This document shows, piece by piece, positions 1 through 14,718 of a DNA stretch of 64,000 bases. Both the position numbers and the translations under genes were made by a program. Under the pieces are notes generated by a model. That model did no database searches. It was not told where the DNA came from and saw nothing but the letters and a program-made list of their open reading frames with translations. The stretch is from contig MU004196.1 of the NCBI GenBank assembly GCA_010093605.1, forward strand, positions 766,606 through 830,605, read 5' to 3'. The stretch comes from Lophium mytilinum (taxonomy: Eukaryota). Within the stretch, counting starts at the first letter, position 1, and each line of letters begins with the position of its first letter.

Positions 1-2154
1 CATTGAACCGATCGTATCTCGAGTAGGCTTGGTGTTGAGTTTCCGACACGAGACGTCGCGAACGGAATGCTTGGCTGCCGAAACACGGCAAGCTGAGACG
101 GGAGAGCACCCGAGTGGTGTGCCTGATCTGCAGGATGAATCGGCCCAGTGAAGAGATGGTGCTACACGGAGAGCGAAGCTTAAAATCGCTTGGGCTGGGA
201 AACATTCCGCACGCTACATCGCTGTCGATATCAGAGTCAGCATCGGTGCAATCTCGCATGTCGGTCGCGAGGGGACTATGCAGGCATTGTTATCAGTCAG
301 CGGGGCGGAGAAATGCTGTTTCTGTTGCAATATTGGATGGCGGTCTCCACTCTAGATGAGCGGCTACGAAATAGGCAGTATACGTGTTCTGGCGTCATCG
401 AGGTCGGGAATGAAGAATATGAATGGCGATGGAAGTGCAGGATGACCAACAATGCAGCGCTGAGAAAGAGGTGATAATGTACTACCAATCTGTTCCGCTG
501 ACATAAGATCCGCATAGCTATTGATAGAATAGCTAGCATGGAGTCCCATGTGTTGGAGGAGGACTGAAGCGAGGAATGAAGCAGGCCGAGCAGACTAATC
601 GTGGCAGCACGAGGTGGCTATGGGTGATGGGATCGAGACGGGGGCAGATGCCGTTCGTGGAATGCGCAAGGACCCCGCTGCGGTGTTGCGGGCGTACAGA
701 TGGGTCTAGAGAGATGAGGGAGGTGGAAAACTGGAACGGGGGAGCAAGGACCGTGGTGTTGGGGTGCTGTGCTGGGGTGGCAAGGGGCCAAGGGCATGGT
801 TCGCATTGCTCACTTTTGGCGAGATGCTTGATTGAGGGCGGCGGTGCTGAGCGAAGAAGACGTGTGCAGCCCGTTCGAAGCTTAAGGCCAGGCCCAAGGG
901 GTTTGGTCAGCGTAGATTTGGTAGCCTGAGGCTCGTTGGGATGGAGCCGCTCGGCCCCTTTTCCATCACCAAGCAAGCGTCAGGGTCCGTGGTGTTGAGC
1001 TTCGGCGAACTGCCACACCGCAACGGTGCTTGCATCGGGACGGCAAGGCTCCTTGGACGGCATCTCGTAGCCGCTGGGACGACGCTTAGCACGCTCGAGT
1101 CGGTGGCTGCCGAGCGTCGCAGGTTGAAAGATTCGGAGATTTTGCCAAGGGCGGCCCTGTCGTGACGACCCCGTGGCTGAAACGATGACGGTGAGGAAAC
1201 GAGGGCGGCCACAAAGGGCGGCGTTCCCATATGGCCGCCAATCGCGAGTCTGTCTCGATGCCACGAGAAGGTGAGCGTGCGAGCTGAGGGCACAGTAACG
1301 CTGGCGGTGGCACACAGCGTCCAGCCCCGAGGGCAGAGCGTCAAAGTCAACGAGAGGTTGCGCGCAATCGAGCTCCCCTCACGGACCCCGGCTGGCGTGC
1401 TCTTAGACCGTCATGGCGCCAGGAACCCGCGGCCGCCCATTCGCTGGCCCGCTCGCCCCCCGGCCAGGGTCGTTGTTTGAGATGGACGATCGTTCTAATT
1501 TGGTGGAGTCTGGGTGGGTCGCCCCGTTGGAGGAAACGAGATGAGAGGAAACAACACCACGCCCTCGGCTCGCAGTCGGCATGCCGGTGCCCAGCGTCGG
1601 CTTCCGCTGGCCACGGCATGGAGAGACACAGAAGCCAGGACAACTCCGAGAGCGAGCTGCCATCGTGTGCGTTGTCGTAGCTGATGCAGCCGGGAGCCAG
1701 CTGGTGCGATGCACGGCGGGAGGGCGCAGCGGCTGGGGCGACGACGGTGGCCGGATCGCGGCCGTTGAGTGGCTTCCAGGGCCTCTGAGCACGAGCCCGC
1801 CGGCGTTGCTAGCCTGTTCCTGGGGCCGCCGGCTTGAAATTGCTCACAGGGGCCTTGCGCAGCCGCTGGACGAGTCTTGGCAGCAATCAGCGTGCGACTT
1901 TTGTTCAACACCCCCCGCTGCCGTCTCTCCTCTTCTCCTTCACCTCACAAGACTTCAGTTCTTCCACACTCGTTCCAGTCTCTTGCAGACGTGCCTCTCT
2001 TTTATCCAACCACAGTCATTCCTTCAGCCCGGCTCTCTTTGCGGAATTGATTTCTGCTCGTCCTCGATTTCACTGCACTGCTCAGCTACGAAACGACTCT
2101 TCCACGACTCCGCATATCAACTGCCCAAAGAACCAGGTCTATATACCCGCAAAC

Positions 2155-4094
2155 ATGCAGCTTATCTCAACCCTCCTCTTCGCCGGCCTGGCCACCGCCA
2201 ACGGCCTCCACGGTCGCCACAACAACCGCCGCCAGGGCTATGGTGGCTACGGCGGAGGTGGATATGGCGGTGGAGTCTCCAGCTCCACCCACGTCGCATC
2301 TTCGAGCACCAAGCTTTCCCCAACCTTCTCCTCGCCCGCGGGTGGCTACGGCGGAGGCGGATATGGCGGTGGACACTCCAGCTCCACCCCCGTCGCATCT
2401 TCGAGCACCAAGCTCTCCCCGACCTTCTCCTCGCCCGTGAGCTCCGTCGTCGTTGTCTCAACCCCGTCTTCAGCGGCTGGATACCCCTCTTCGCCCGCTG
2501 GCTACCCGGTTCCGTCCTCGTCGCTCGCGGCCACCGAAGTCTCGTCTTCCTCTCTCGCTGGCTACCCGGTTCCGTCGTCTTCGCTCGCGGCTACTGGGGT
2601 GCCTTCTTCCTCCCCCGCAGGCTACCCAGTTGGGTCGACCTCCCTCGCGGCCACTGAAGCCTCCTCTTCGTCGCTCGCTGGCTACCCGGTTCCATCTTCC
2701 CCCGCTGGCTACCCAGTTCCATCGTCTTCGCTTGCTGGAACTGGAGTCTCGTCTGCCGTCGTCTACCCGTCCTCCTCTTTGGCCGGCACTGGCGTCTCTT
2801 CCGCGGTTGTCTACCCATCTTCGTCTGCTGGTGTTTTCCCATCGTCGTCTTTGGCCGGTACCGGTGTGCCTTCTTCCCCAGCAGGCTATCCTGTTCCATC
2901 TTCCTCAGCCGGCGTCTACCCGTCGTCGTCTTTGGCTGGCACTGGCGTCCCCTCGTCCCCAGCAGGCTACCCAGTTCCATCTTCCTCTGCTGGCGTCTTC
3001 CCATCGTCTTCGTTAGCCGGCACTGGTGTCTCCTCCGCCGTTGGCGTTCCGTACCCGTCTTCGTCTTTGGCTGGCACTGGTGGCGCTCCTTACCCGTCCT
3101 CGTCTTTGGCCGGCACTGGTGTTTACCCGTCCATCCCTCTGACAACCGGCGGCGTTTCCACTGAGGCCCCGGTCTCTTCCGGTTCCCCAGGCGAGACCTA
3201 CCTCACCACCCACGTGTCCGAGGTCACCCTCACCTACACCATTGGATACGGAAGCAGCGCACACGCCGTCACCACCACCATCCAGGAGACCTCCACTGAG
3301 ACCGTTGTCGCGACCGTCTACCTGACCAAGCCCGCTGGTGGCTACGGCTCTGTCTCCGAGGCCGCTACTCCCACCGGTACCACTACCATCTCCAGCACTT
3401 CGACCACCACGAAGTTCATCACCGTGTACCCCACCGAATCCGCGACCGAGTCTGGCAACAGCCCAACTGAGACCGGTGTCCCTGGTGAGGGCGAGTGCTC
3501 TGCTCCCGTCTACATCACCGTTACCGCCCAAGAGACTGTCGTAAGTTTGCATAGCTCTCCACTTTCTTGATCTCACTAACCTTTTAGACCGTCACTGCTC
3601 CCGCTGGTGGATACGAATCGGCCACCGCTGCCGCTGAAACCTCCCCAGCTGGCTACCCTGTGTACAGCTCCGTTGTCTCCTCCGCTGTGGCCCCGGCCAG
3701 CACCGGTGCTCCTGTGTACCCCTCTGCCCCATACGGCAATGGAACTATCCCCAGCAGCGTCTTCGCCCCATCCGGCTTCCTGACCTACAGCAAGCCTGCC
3801 GGCACTGCTCCTTCTTACCCGGCTTCCTCGTCAATTGGAGGCACCGGTGCCGTTCCCTCCGGAACTGCGCCAGTCTATCCCTCCTCTTCTCTTGCTGCCA
3901 CGGGGGTTGTTCCCTCCGGCACTGCCCCAGTCTACACTGCGCCAGGCTACCCTGCCTCGTCGCTTGCTGCCACAGCCGTTGGTCCCTCCGGCACCCCACC
4001 AGCGTACAGCGCGCCCGTCTACTCTGCACCAGTAGACACCTCGGCTCCCGCTGCTGCCTCCCCCACTGGCGGCTATGGAGGCTACGGCTACTAG
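2155..4094 (+). CDS. Secreted Ser/Pro/Gly/Tyr-rich repetitive (cell-wall/mucin-like) protein, 2 exons
   Basis: ATG 2155 begins a signal-peptide-like MQLISTLLFAGLATANG. Repeats SSPAGYPVPSS and YPSSSLAGTGV. Intron 3541-3587 (GTAAGT..CTAAC..TAG) joins ORF 1834-3570 in frame to ORF 3660-4094. Confidence 0.85.
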
Positions 4095-5015
4095 ACACAA
4101 CGTCTATCAATTTTCTTGCTTAGCGCAGGGGCATGCGCTGGATTGTGGATAACGGGGTGAATGCTCCGCTGAGGGTCAGTGTTTTTTTCTTTCCAATGTC
4201 TAGAGTCCGGGCTTCTGCATGCATATACCTTCTCCCAAGCACATGAGTGCGTAACTTTTTATGTCTTTTGTGGTCTTGGACATGAAGCGCTGGACTGCGG
4301 CGGATGGACGGAATCAAGCGGTCACTTGCAAGGATCTGGATTTGCGTAGGGGTTGGAGGGAAGGAGAATTCAGGGAAAACGCGCCTGTGGAGCGGACTGT
4401 CGGTTTCTGGCAAATACACTATTCTCCTTTGTAACCTCTTGCGCTGTTTTTTGGTCTTGCATGTTTAACGCTTGTGTTTCTCGAAATCTGCTCTATGGCA
4501 GTGTGGATACCAGATAACGTATCCAACGCGTCACGAACCATCCGGCATGGCGGTGGAGTCTCTTTCGATTTTTTGGGTTGGGCAAAAAGGGTGCAGGTGC
4601 GGGCGAGTGTGCAAAGCACAACCAAATATACTGGCATGACCACAACTCTCGAGTCTTTCGTCATCTGACGTGCTTAATTTTCCATGTTATGGTTTTTCCC
4701 TTGTTGCCTCAGCCTCCTTTCTGAAAAAACAAGCATGATCACCGGCATCCCTGTTGCCCCTGCGTCCTTTATGCGTACCCTTGCTCTGTTTCCCGCGGCC
4801 GGCGTCTACCGCGCCATTGCGCGGGTATCTCAAACATGCTATGGAGAGAATCTAAATTCTATGCGACTTTTTCTTCCATCGTCTTCAGACCTAGCTTGTA
4901 GTGCTGGTGTGCTGCCACTCTCACCGCCAATCCAAGTCTTCACACCGCCTATCTGTACAGAACGCCGTGTTACGTAACACGCGTCGCGCACGCAGCACCG
5001 AGACCATAAGTCGAT

Positions 5016-6023
5016 ATGCCGGCCTTGATGGAAGGGTCAAAGTACATCAGCTTCGAAGGTGACAAAATCGACTTTCACGATGGTTCCAAATGGGAAATTC
5101 AGACGCCATTATCGGACACAAGGTTGCAGGAGACCAATCCGCCATTTGAAGCTGCGGTCGTCTACAATTGCAAGCGTTTGAGCGATCCCTGGTCTGCGCA
5201 CGGCGATACAGAAGAAGCTGTTATCAAAATAAAATACCAGTCAGTACACCCGAAATTCGAGAACGCGAATGAGTCTAAGCGCAATTAATAGAATCAAGGG
5301 CGAATCGCGCGCGATTGAATATTACAGAAAGAATTTGGCAAGGTGGCAGGAAGACTGCGGAGACTGCAAAGATGCGTTCGGAATCGGACAGGTCAACACA
5401 GCAATCGAAGCCTACGAAACAGCTCGGAATCCGACGAAGAAGCCTAACCGCTATACAGCCCAAGAGATCAAAGCGCTCCAGCTGTTTCGGACTTGCAAGT
5501 CCAAAAGCGCGCCTTGGTTCATGGCGTGAAAACAAGCTTGTTTGGATGAGCAAAAATACTCCAAATCGGTAGCAATGCTCGATGGGTATATCGTATATGT
5601 TTTGATGCAAAAGCCCCCAGGACGTATCCTACGGGGGGATGATTTCTGGCAGTATCCAAGATCCGTCAGGGACGATATACGAGAAGCTTTCAGAATTGCG
5701 TTGACGTTAGTTTTCCACTCGAGTGGCTGCCTTGCCCTTCAAGAATATTGCTCACTTATTCAATAGGGCTGTCTACTTGTGTGGAGTGATCCCGAACGAT
5801 CCAGCGCTTCGAAATTTATTGTGAGATGATGCCCAATAGACTTGGTAAGGACGGATCTCTGTTAAGCATCATACCAATATCTATCTAACCAAGAGGAAGC
5901 TACATTATCGATTGGGAGTCATCATATGAGAATGACGACAAAACGCCTCCAAATTTCTCAACCAACCTCTATTACCGGATTTGGGGACTGGCCCGCGGGC
6001 GCAAGGGGAGAGAGGAACTGTAG
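5016..6023 (+). pseudogene. Fungal kinase-like (APH/PK-fold) gene with three in-frame stops
   Basis: Introns 5240-5291, 5706-5766 and 5845-5899 give a continuous frame with GYIVYVLM..PG..L..FW..IREAF, D..LRNLL*D, CYIIDWE and WGLA. Stops: TGA 5527, TGA 5822, TAG 5837. Confidence 0.65.
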
Positions 6024-7105
6024 TCTAGGTCTTTCGAGCTGCGTTTAGGATGATTATTTTCTAGAGACTAAAATCTTAATTGTCGTCTCAGTTTATCTCG
6101 GACTTCATAAACCGTAGAGCATATTAATATCAGTTTGATTCGTGAGCATACAGCGCAATGACAGTATAAAACTGTCTCGAAAGCGATCTACTTCTCAACT
6201 CAGCAGACTTTCTCATATGCCGTTCCATCCTGTAGTCTGCTGGTCATAGCTTGCTTGGTATTGTACTCTAGCCTGATCAACCAATCTGCGGCTATCTCCG
6301 AGATACTAAATTCAATTTTCTCTCTGGAGAAAGTCACTTCCAGGCGCCGATGACTGTCAGTACGTAACCAGTCGTGTTTCGAGATCCCTAGTCCGTTATG
6401 CAAGCGCTCAAGCGCTGTGCCGCGTGCCCAGGCCCCACTCCTCAGCCCCGGATCCCACTGCAACATTATTTTGAGTACCTACGCGCTCGGGTGTGTAGAA
6501 GCCAAACGTTGGATGATTCGAGAACACGTCTCACTCAGTACCTGCGGCATATGCTAGTAGGCGCCGTCTCTAGTGTCGTTGCTACATAAATCCATAAAAC
6601 TGTTGGTGTTTCGTTTCATCTGAGGTTATGCTGGCCAATTGACTTACAGAGTATGTGAATTCTCTCCATCTAAGCCACTTCGGAGTGGTGGCAATGGATA
6701 GCGAGGGTTTCAGTCTCCACATACTAGATGTCTCACGATAGAGACGGCGTGCTTCAGATATCAGTATGACAGACGCGATTGAAACCACTTGAAAAAGCGT
6801 AACGCTGCGGCGAAGCTATCTCAAGCCCCTCTTCTATTTTTCAAGAATAGAAAAGTGGGTATGGATGGAATCTCCCTTTGCAAAGCTCCCAAGGCATATG
6901 GAGACAGGGTAAGCATATAAGCCCGGTACAAAGGCTCGATGTTCCTTCTCCTTACCACAGCTTCAAGAGTCGCTATTCTCCGTTCTCGTCGATCTATTTC
7001 ATCTCTTTATCCTCTACGTGGAGTAACTTTCCAGCCCTGCGTTACTGTCAGTCCGTCAAACGAACAAATATCTGCATTCTTCATTTTCGATTGACCCTTT
7101 ATCAT

Positions 7106-7954
7106 ATGGGTGGCATCTGTCAGTACTCAACACACCCAGCACGGCAAGACTTCTTTAAGCTTACATGCCAACAGTCGCGAGCGTGAACTTTCGACTATTC
7201 TTATACTCCCTTCCGATTCCCATACTGCTCTTCTATGGTACGTGAGTAAAGTCCATACATTGAGCCATGCTGAATACGTCATAGTCCTTGCTATCGTAGG
7301 ATGTGTGTCAACTTCTCCGGGCATCCCAAACATATTCCTACTTCAGTTCAAAAAAGGAGCAGACGAGCTGCGATTGAGCTACTTCGGTAAGCCTACATAA
7401 GACCCAGCCCGCCTCTGTATCGCTAACATTCAAACGTAGGCATGTGTCACAAATCCCCTTCGTCCCTGGACTGTGCTCCATCCTCAAAGGCAAACGTCGA
7501 TCAACTGCTACACGCCTTCGCCATTAGCGGCACAAACGCCATCAGCCCCTTCCTCAACTCCGCCTTAACCCTCCAGAACAAGGTATTCATCCCGTTTCTA
7601 GTCGGCGCCGGCTGCGACTTCTTCCTAACCATTGTCCTCGTGGTGCTCTTCAAGCGGCACGAGAAGAAGAGCGCCTGGGAAGACAAGGACAAGCGCACAT
7701 GGGAGAACCTCAAACTCGCTACAATGGTTACCGCATGGTCGAGCACTGCATTCGCCTTCGCGGCCGCATGGGCTACTTCTCAGGCTCTGGCTTCCGTTAC
7801 CCACACGGCGGATATCTTCGCTAAAAGTGGTGGTCTCGATATCACTGCTGGCTCGGCTATTCAGAGATTTCAGAGGACTATTGCGGCGTTGGCACTCATC
7901 TTCTCCTGGAGAATGCATGTCATCACTCATCCAAGCGCTAGTGATGGTAAATGA
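7106..7954 (+). CDS. Fig1/SUR7-PalI (claudin-like) membrane protein, 4 exons
   Basis: Exons approx. 7106-7118, 7175-7237, 7285-7386, 7440-7954. Spliced product has GCVSTSPGIPNIFL..RLSYFGMC followed by three hydrophobic helices, resembling Fig1-family proteins. Confidence 0.7.
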
Positions 7955-8717
7955 GGCCCTGGGGAGAACTTCAGGAAGATGATATTCGTGGTGTGTCTTG
8001 ATTGCAGATTTCTATAGGGGGAATATGTCACGTGACGGCAACTGAGAAAAGGGGTGGCAGGATTCATGGGCTTATCGCGACGGAGTTACGTTCCCTTTTA
8101 TATTGCAGTTATTCTGTGTACCGCTAGACTATATGTACCAACAAGTGAGTCGTTTTAAGCTATTAAACTATTTCTGGTATCTTGGAGGTCGATATTGAGT
8201 TGTTTCGGGTTGACCAGGGAAAAGCCTTGGCATCTATCGTCAACCTAAAGTCTACCAACTTATATGCCTGCACATCGCATTAGTCACTAGCTGTTAAGGA
8301 AAGCATCAGTTCTAGCGCGCGAGTACTGGGAGCCAAGAGGAAATCCACGGCCTGATGCCACCTTGCTAGTTTCGTTGAGTCGTAGCAGTGCAGGCCTGGG
8401 CTCTCGAGTAAGAGATCGGCGAGGCTGATTGGATTAATGTCGATTGAGGAAAAGAACCTTACCGCACGGTCACGAGTAAAACGTGAAAGTGTCATTCATT
8501 CGCTTTCTCATTGGATTACGTGTTCTCTAACTATTCCCTCACACAAGAGACGCTGGAAATGCCCCCACCCCGCTGAACAGCATCCCGCCAACTTACTTTT
8601 CTTTGCAAAGCACCATACGCAGGTGTCATCCGCCCAGGGAACCCCTCAAGGCTATGGAACTGATTTGATTAATCGTTAGAAGTCATTCTATCCTTCCCAA
8701 TTGCTGCTTCTCCGAGC

Positions 8718-11476
<2,759 letters not shown>

Positions 11477-12696
11477 CTCGAGGGGTGAGCCAGCTGCGGC
11501 TCGACACTGCGGTGGGATATCCTTGGTGGGACCGAGGCGCACCCACAGCTATATCGGCGGCGGTGGGGAGATGTTTAGAGGGCAGAGAGACAGCGAGAGA
11601 GGGAGGGGTAAGGGCGCGATGGGGCTTAAGAATAGCTCCTTGAGGACAGCTGTGTGCTTCGTGGAGCAGGCTGCAGAGGCGGGCGTGCTGTGGAGGGTGA
11701 TAATGCCGTACCAAGGGCCAGATTGAAGGTGGGCCTAAAGCGGCTTTAGCGTCTTTGATCGCCCGGCACGTCAAAACCAACGCCGCCGAGTTTTCTCTTC
11801 TCTTCCTCATCACCGCCAGCTTTACAAACACTACTATCGACAGCCTCAATCCTCTCCGTAGGGAGGCTGTTTTCGCGCTGCGCGTAGAGGAGAACTACCC
11901 ATGGCTGGGCGCCTGTTTTCGAGAGGTCGTTCCGACTTCTCTGAGAAATTGGGAATCAGCAGCGGTTACATATATTCTCATACAGAAGTTTTTATTGATG
12001 GCCCTGGGGCTCCCTCGGGCCCTGTCTATCCCTTTAAGCAAGAGAAGGACATATAATGAATGAATTCGTTGACGATGAGGCCACTTTCTCTTTTCCACAC
12101 GTTCAACAGTGAGGATTTTCAGCTGGCAGACACATTATGGAGCCGCTCCATCTCCTTGGACCATAGGAACAATTGAAGTAAGGTCATATAATCAGGCTAC
12201 TGTGTCTATTCCGTCTACCTCAACGTCTTCCATATGTTGATTTCGTCTCGTTGGATTATCGCTGTCTCTTTGGCCGGGCTTTCGGAGAATCATCGGCCCG
12301 CTATTTTCACCCCCTTCCTTCACCCTTCGCAAGTTCTTCACCACGCCCTCTCTTGTCATAGCTTATTCAAGACATCTTATCTATTGTTCAGTAGGTAGAC
12401 AATACCATTCGGGGACTATTGGTACTGTACCGCCGCGATGCTGCTATTAGAAAATCCTCGTCCAAAGCAATGTATTGTTCTCCTGTCTTGCGGCCCTACG
12501 TGCTATTGACCTATTGAATGCTATTGTTCCAATTGCTATTGTGTGTTTTTCCATATAACCTCGCCATGCTCTCTGTAATTTGTTCTTCAGCACCGAAACC
12601 TCATCTTCTCTCACGGATTCCTTCAGACACCTCTCAAACCCACAGAAAGCTGGTCTTTTCTCACAGTTCCGCATCCCAAACCACCTCAGAACCATC

Positions 12697-13637
12697 ATGT
12701 CTCTCAGAGGATTCATCAGCCTTCGCGATCTCCACTCCACCCATTGGCTCACCCACGACATGCCGGACGAGACTGCCTGGGAAGACCGCGTCGGCTTGAA
12801 GATCGACTTCATGGCCATCCAATGGGGACTGATCAAACCCTTGGAAGACGCCTACCGCGCTCAGGAGCTCCTCAGTATGTTCCCTCGCTACCAAAACCAT
12901 CCAAACACAAGCTAATCCAGACCCCAGCGCCCTGGTGGTCCGACCCCGAGCCCGAAATCGCGCCAACTGCTCTCTCTCCAAGCCCGAGCCCACCATCCTC
13001 GGCACCTTCGTCACCCCTCTTCGCGCCCCGATCCCACGCCAAAGTGGGTCCCGCCCCTCCACCACCCACCGCAGCACCGTCCGCCACGACGTCCAATTTG
13101 GGCGTTGATTACGACCACTCCTACAGCGACGCCGAAATCAAGGCCCTGATTTCGGGTTGGTCGGTCCCCGCGAATGCTGGCTGGAGCAAGTCCGCGAACG
13201 AAGCCCTGATTCGCGAGATGATCAAGGCAGTGTGCGGCCCCGATGCCCACACCGGCACCAGAACCGAGCTGTTTGGACTGCTGAGAGACCGCCTCGAGGA
13301 CCGCCACGGAGTGGTGAAGAAGGACGGAGCCGTGCGCTCACACTGGATGCGCCATTTGAGGGCGGTGTGTGGAGTGGACGAGCGGGTGAAGGCAAACCCG
13401 GAGAGTCTGAGAACGTCGCTGAACCCAGCGCAGCAGCGGAAGGAGGGCCTCGAGAAGGCGAAGATGGCGGCAGAGAAGGCGAAGAAGGAGGCTGAGTTGG
13501 AGGCCGAGAAGGCAGCGGCGAAGACGGAGAGCAAGAAGCGGAAGAGGGGAGCGGCGGTTTTGGAGGGAGAGGATGAGGACGAAAGGCTGGCCCGGAAGCT
13601 GCTGCGAGAGGACATGGGGATGAGGAAGCGGAGGTGA
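12697..13637 (+). CDS. Hypothetical protein with basic, NLS-like C-terminus, 2 exons
   Basis: ATG 12697. Intron approx. 12875-12927 (GTATGT..GCTAAT..CAG) joins ORF 12580 to ORF 12744. C-terminus contains KKRKR and RKRR. Confidence 0.55.
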
Positions 13638-13829
13638 TTTGGATGGTGCTGGCGGAGGTGGTGGTGATTGGGGTGATATCGAGTAGTTTCTTTGGTCCTT
13701 CTGATTACTTTCTGAAGCTGGACTTCAATGACAGTGTGTTCCGATTCGCAGGCTGAATCAAGATGTGTTTTGTGTGATTCTACCCATAGTGTTGTCGCTG
13801 TTTGTGGTGGTCCAGTGCTTCATTGAATC

Positions 13830-14710
13830 TCAAGGCACGATGTAAAGATTTCTATAAGTTGAATCAACCCCCGATTAAGATGTAAGTCTTGAACCCTGGT
13901 TGCCACCGTCTGAGTTGCCTTAGTACGTCGAAAATCTCGTGCATACGATGTAAAGATCTCCACGGGCCGAATTGGACCTGTGGAGTCAGTATCAGCAGAA
14001 TCTCGGCAGGCGCAAATCAACGCATATGGGCTCTTCCTTTGCACCTATGCATAAACCCTCCAAGCGCTTTAGGAGGTTATGATAATCTTGGGGAAATATG
14101 TAAAGACTTTGAAGAGCTGAATCAGACTCATGAATATCGAATAAGCGCCGTCCGGTACCGCGAATTCAACAGATATAGACTACTCTTTTGCACACATACA
14201 TGAACCCTTCAGGCGCTTCAGGAGGATAAGAGAATCTTGAGGCAGGATGTAAAGATTTGAACGAGCTAAATCAGACTCATGGATATCGAATGAGCACCAT
14301 CTCCGCTGACGCGAAATCAACGCATGTCCGTTTTTCTTCTGTGCTCATGAATGAACCCTTCAGGCGCTTCAGAACGTTGTAACTGCTTTGGAGGTAGGAT
14401 GTAAAGGGTTGCACGAGCTAAATCTGACCCGCGAATATCGAATTACTGCAATCTCTACAGAAGCGAAATCGACCCACATCCGCGATCCTCCTGCACACGT
14501 GCATGAACCTTTCAGGCGCTTCAGAACCGCGTGGAGAGTACAACGATAGGATGTTGAGGTCCATACAAGCCCAACCAGACCCACGGATATCAGCAGACGT
14601 GAAATCAACTCATTCCAGTTATTTTTCTGCACATGTACACAAAGCCTTCAAGCGCTTCAGGCCGTTGTGAGAATTCTCAAGCAGGATATACTGACCTACA
14701 CCAGCTATAT
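13830..14710. repeat. Degenerate non-coding tandem array, about 150-bp period, 5-6 copies
   Basis: GATGTAAAG-like anchors at 13947, 14097, 14246, 14398, 14550, 14685. CCTTCAGGCGCTTCAG-like motif with GCGCTT core at 14064, 14213, 14364, 14516, 14652. Confidence 0.85.
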
Positions 14711-14718
14711 CAGATCAC

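Noticed and set aside
1581..2657. 358-aa ORF and the 107-aa N-terminal extension of ORF 1834
   Set aside because: Alternative-frame shadow of the repetitive gene; the ATG at 2155 followed by a signal peptide is the better start.
6200..6800. Short minus-strand ORFs as a possible gene remnant
   Set aside because: No recognisable motif or splice-supported model could be built.
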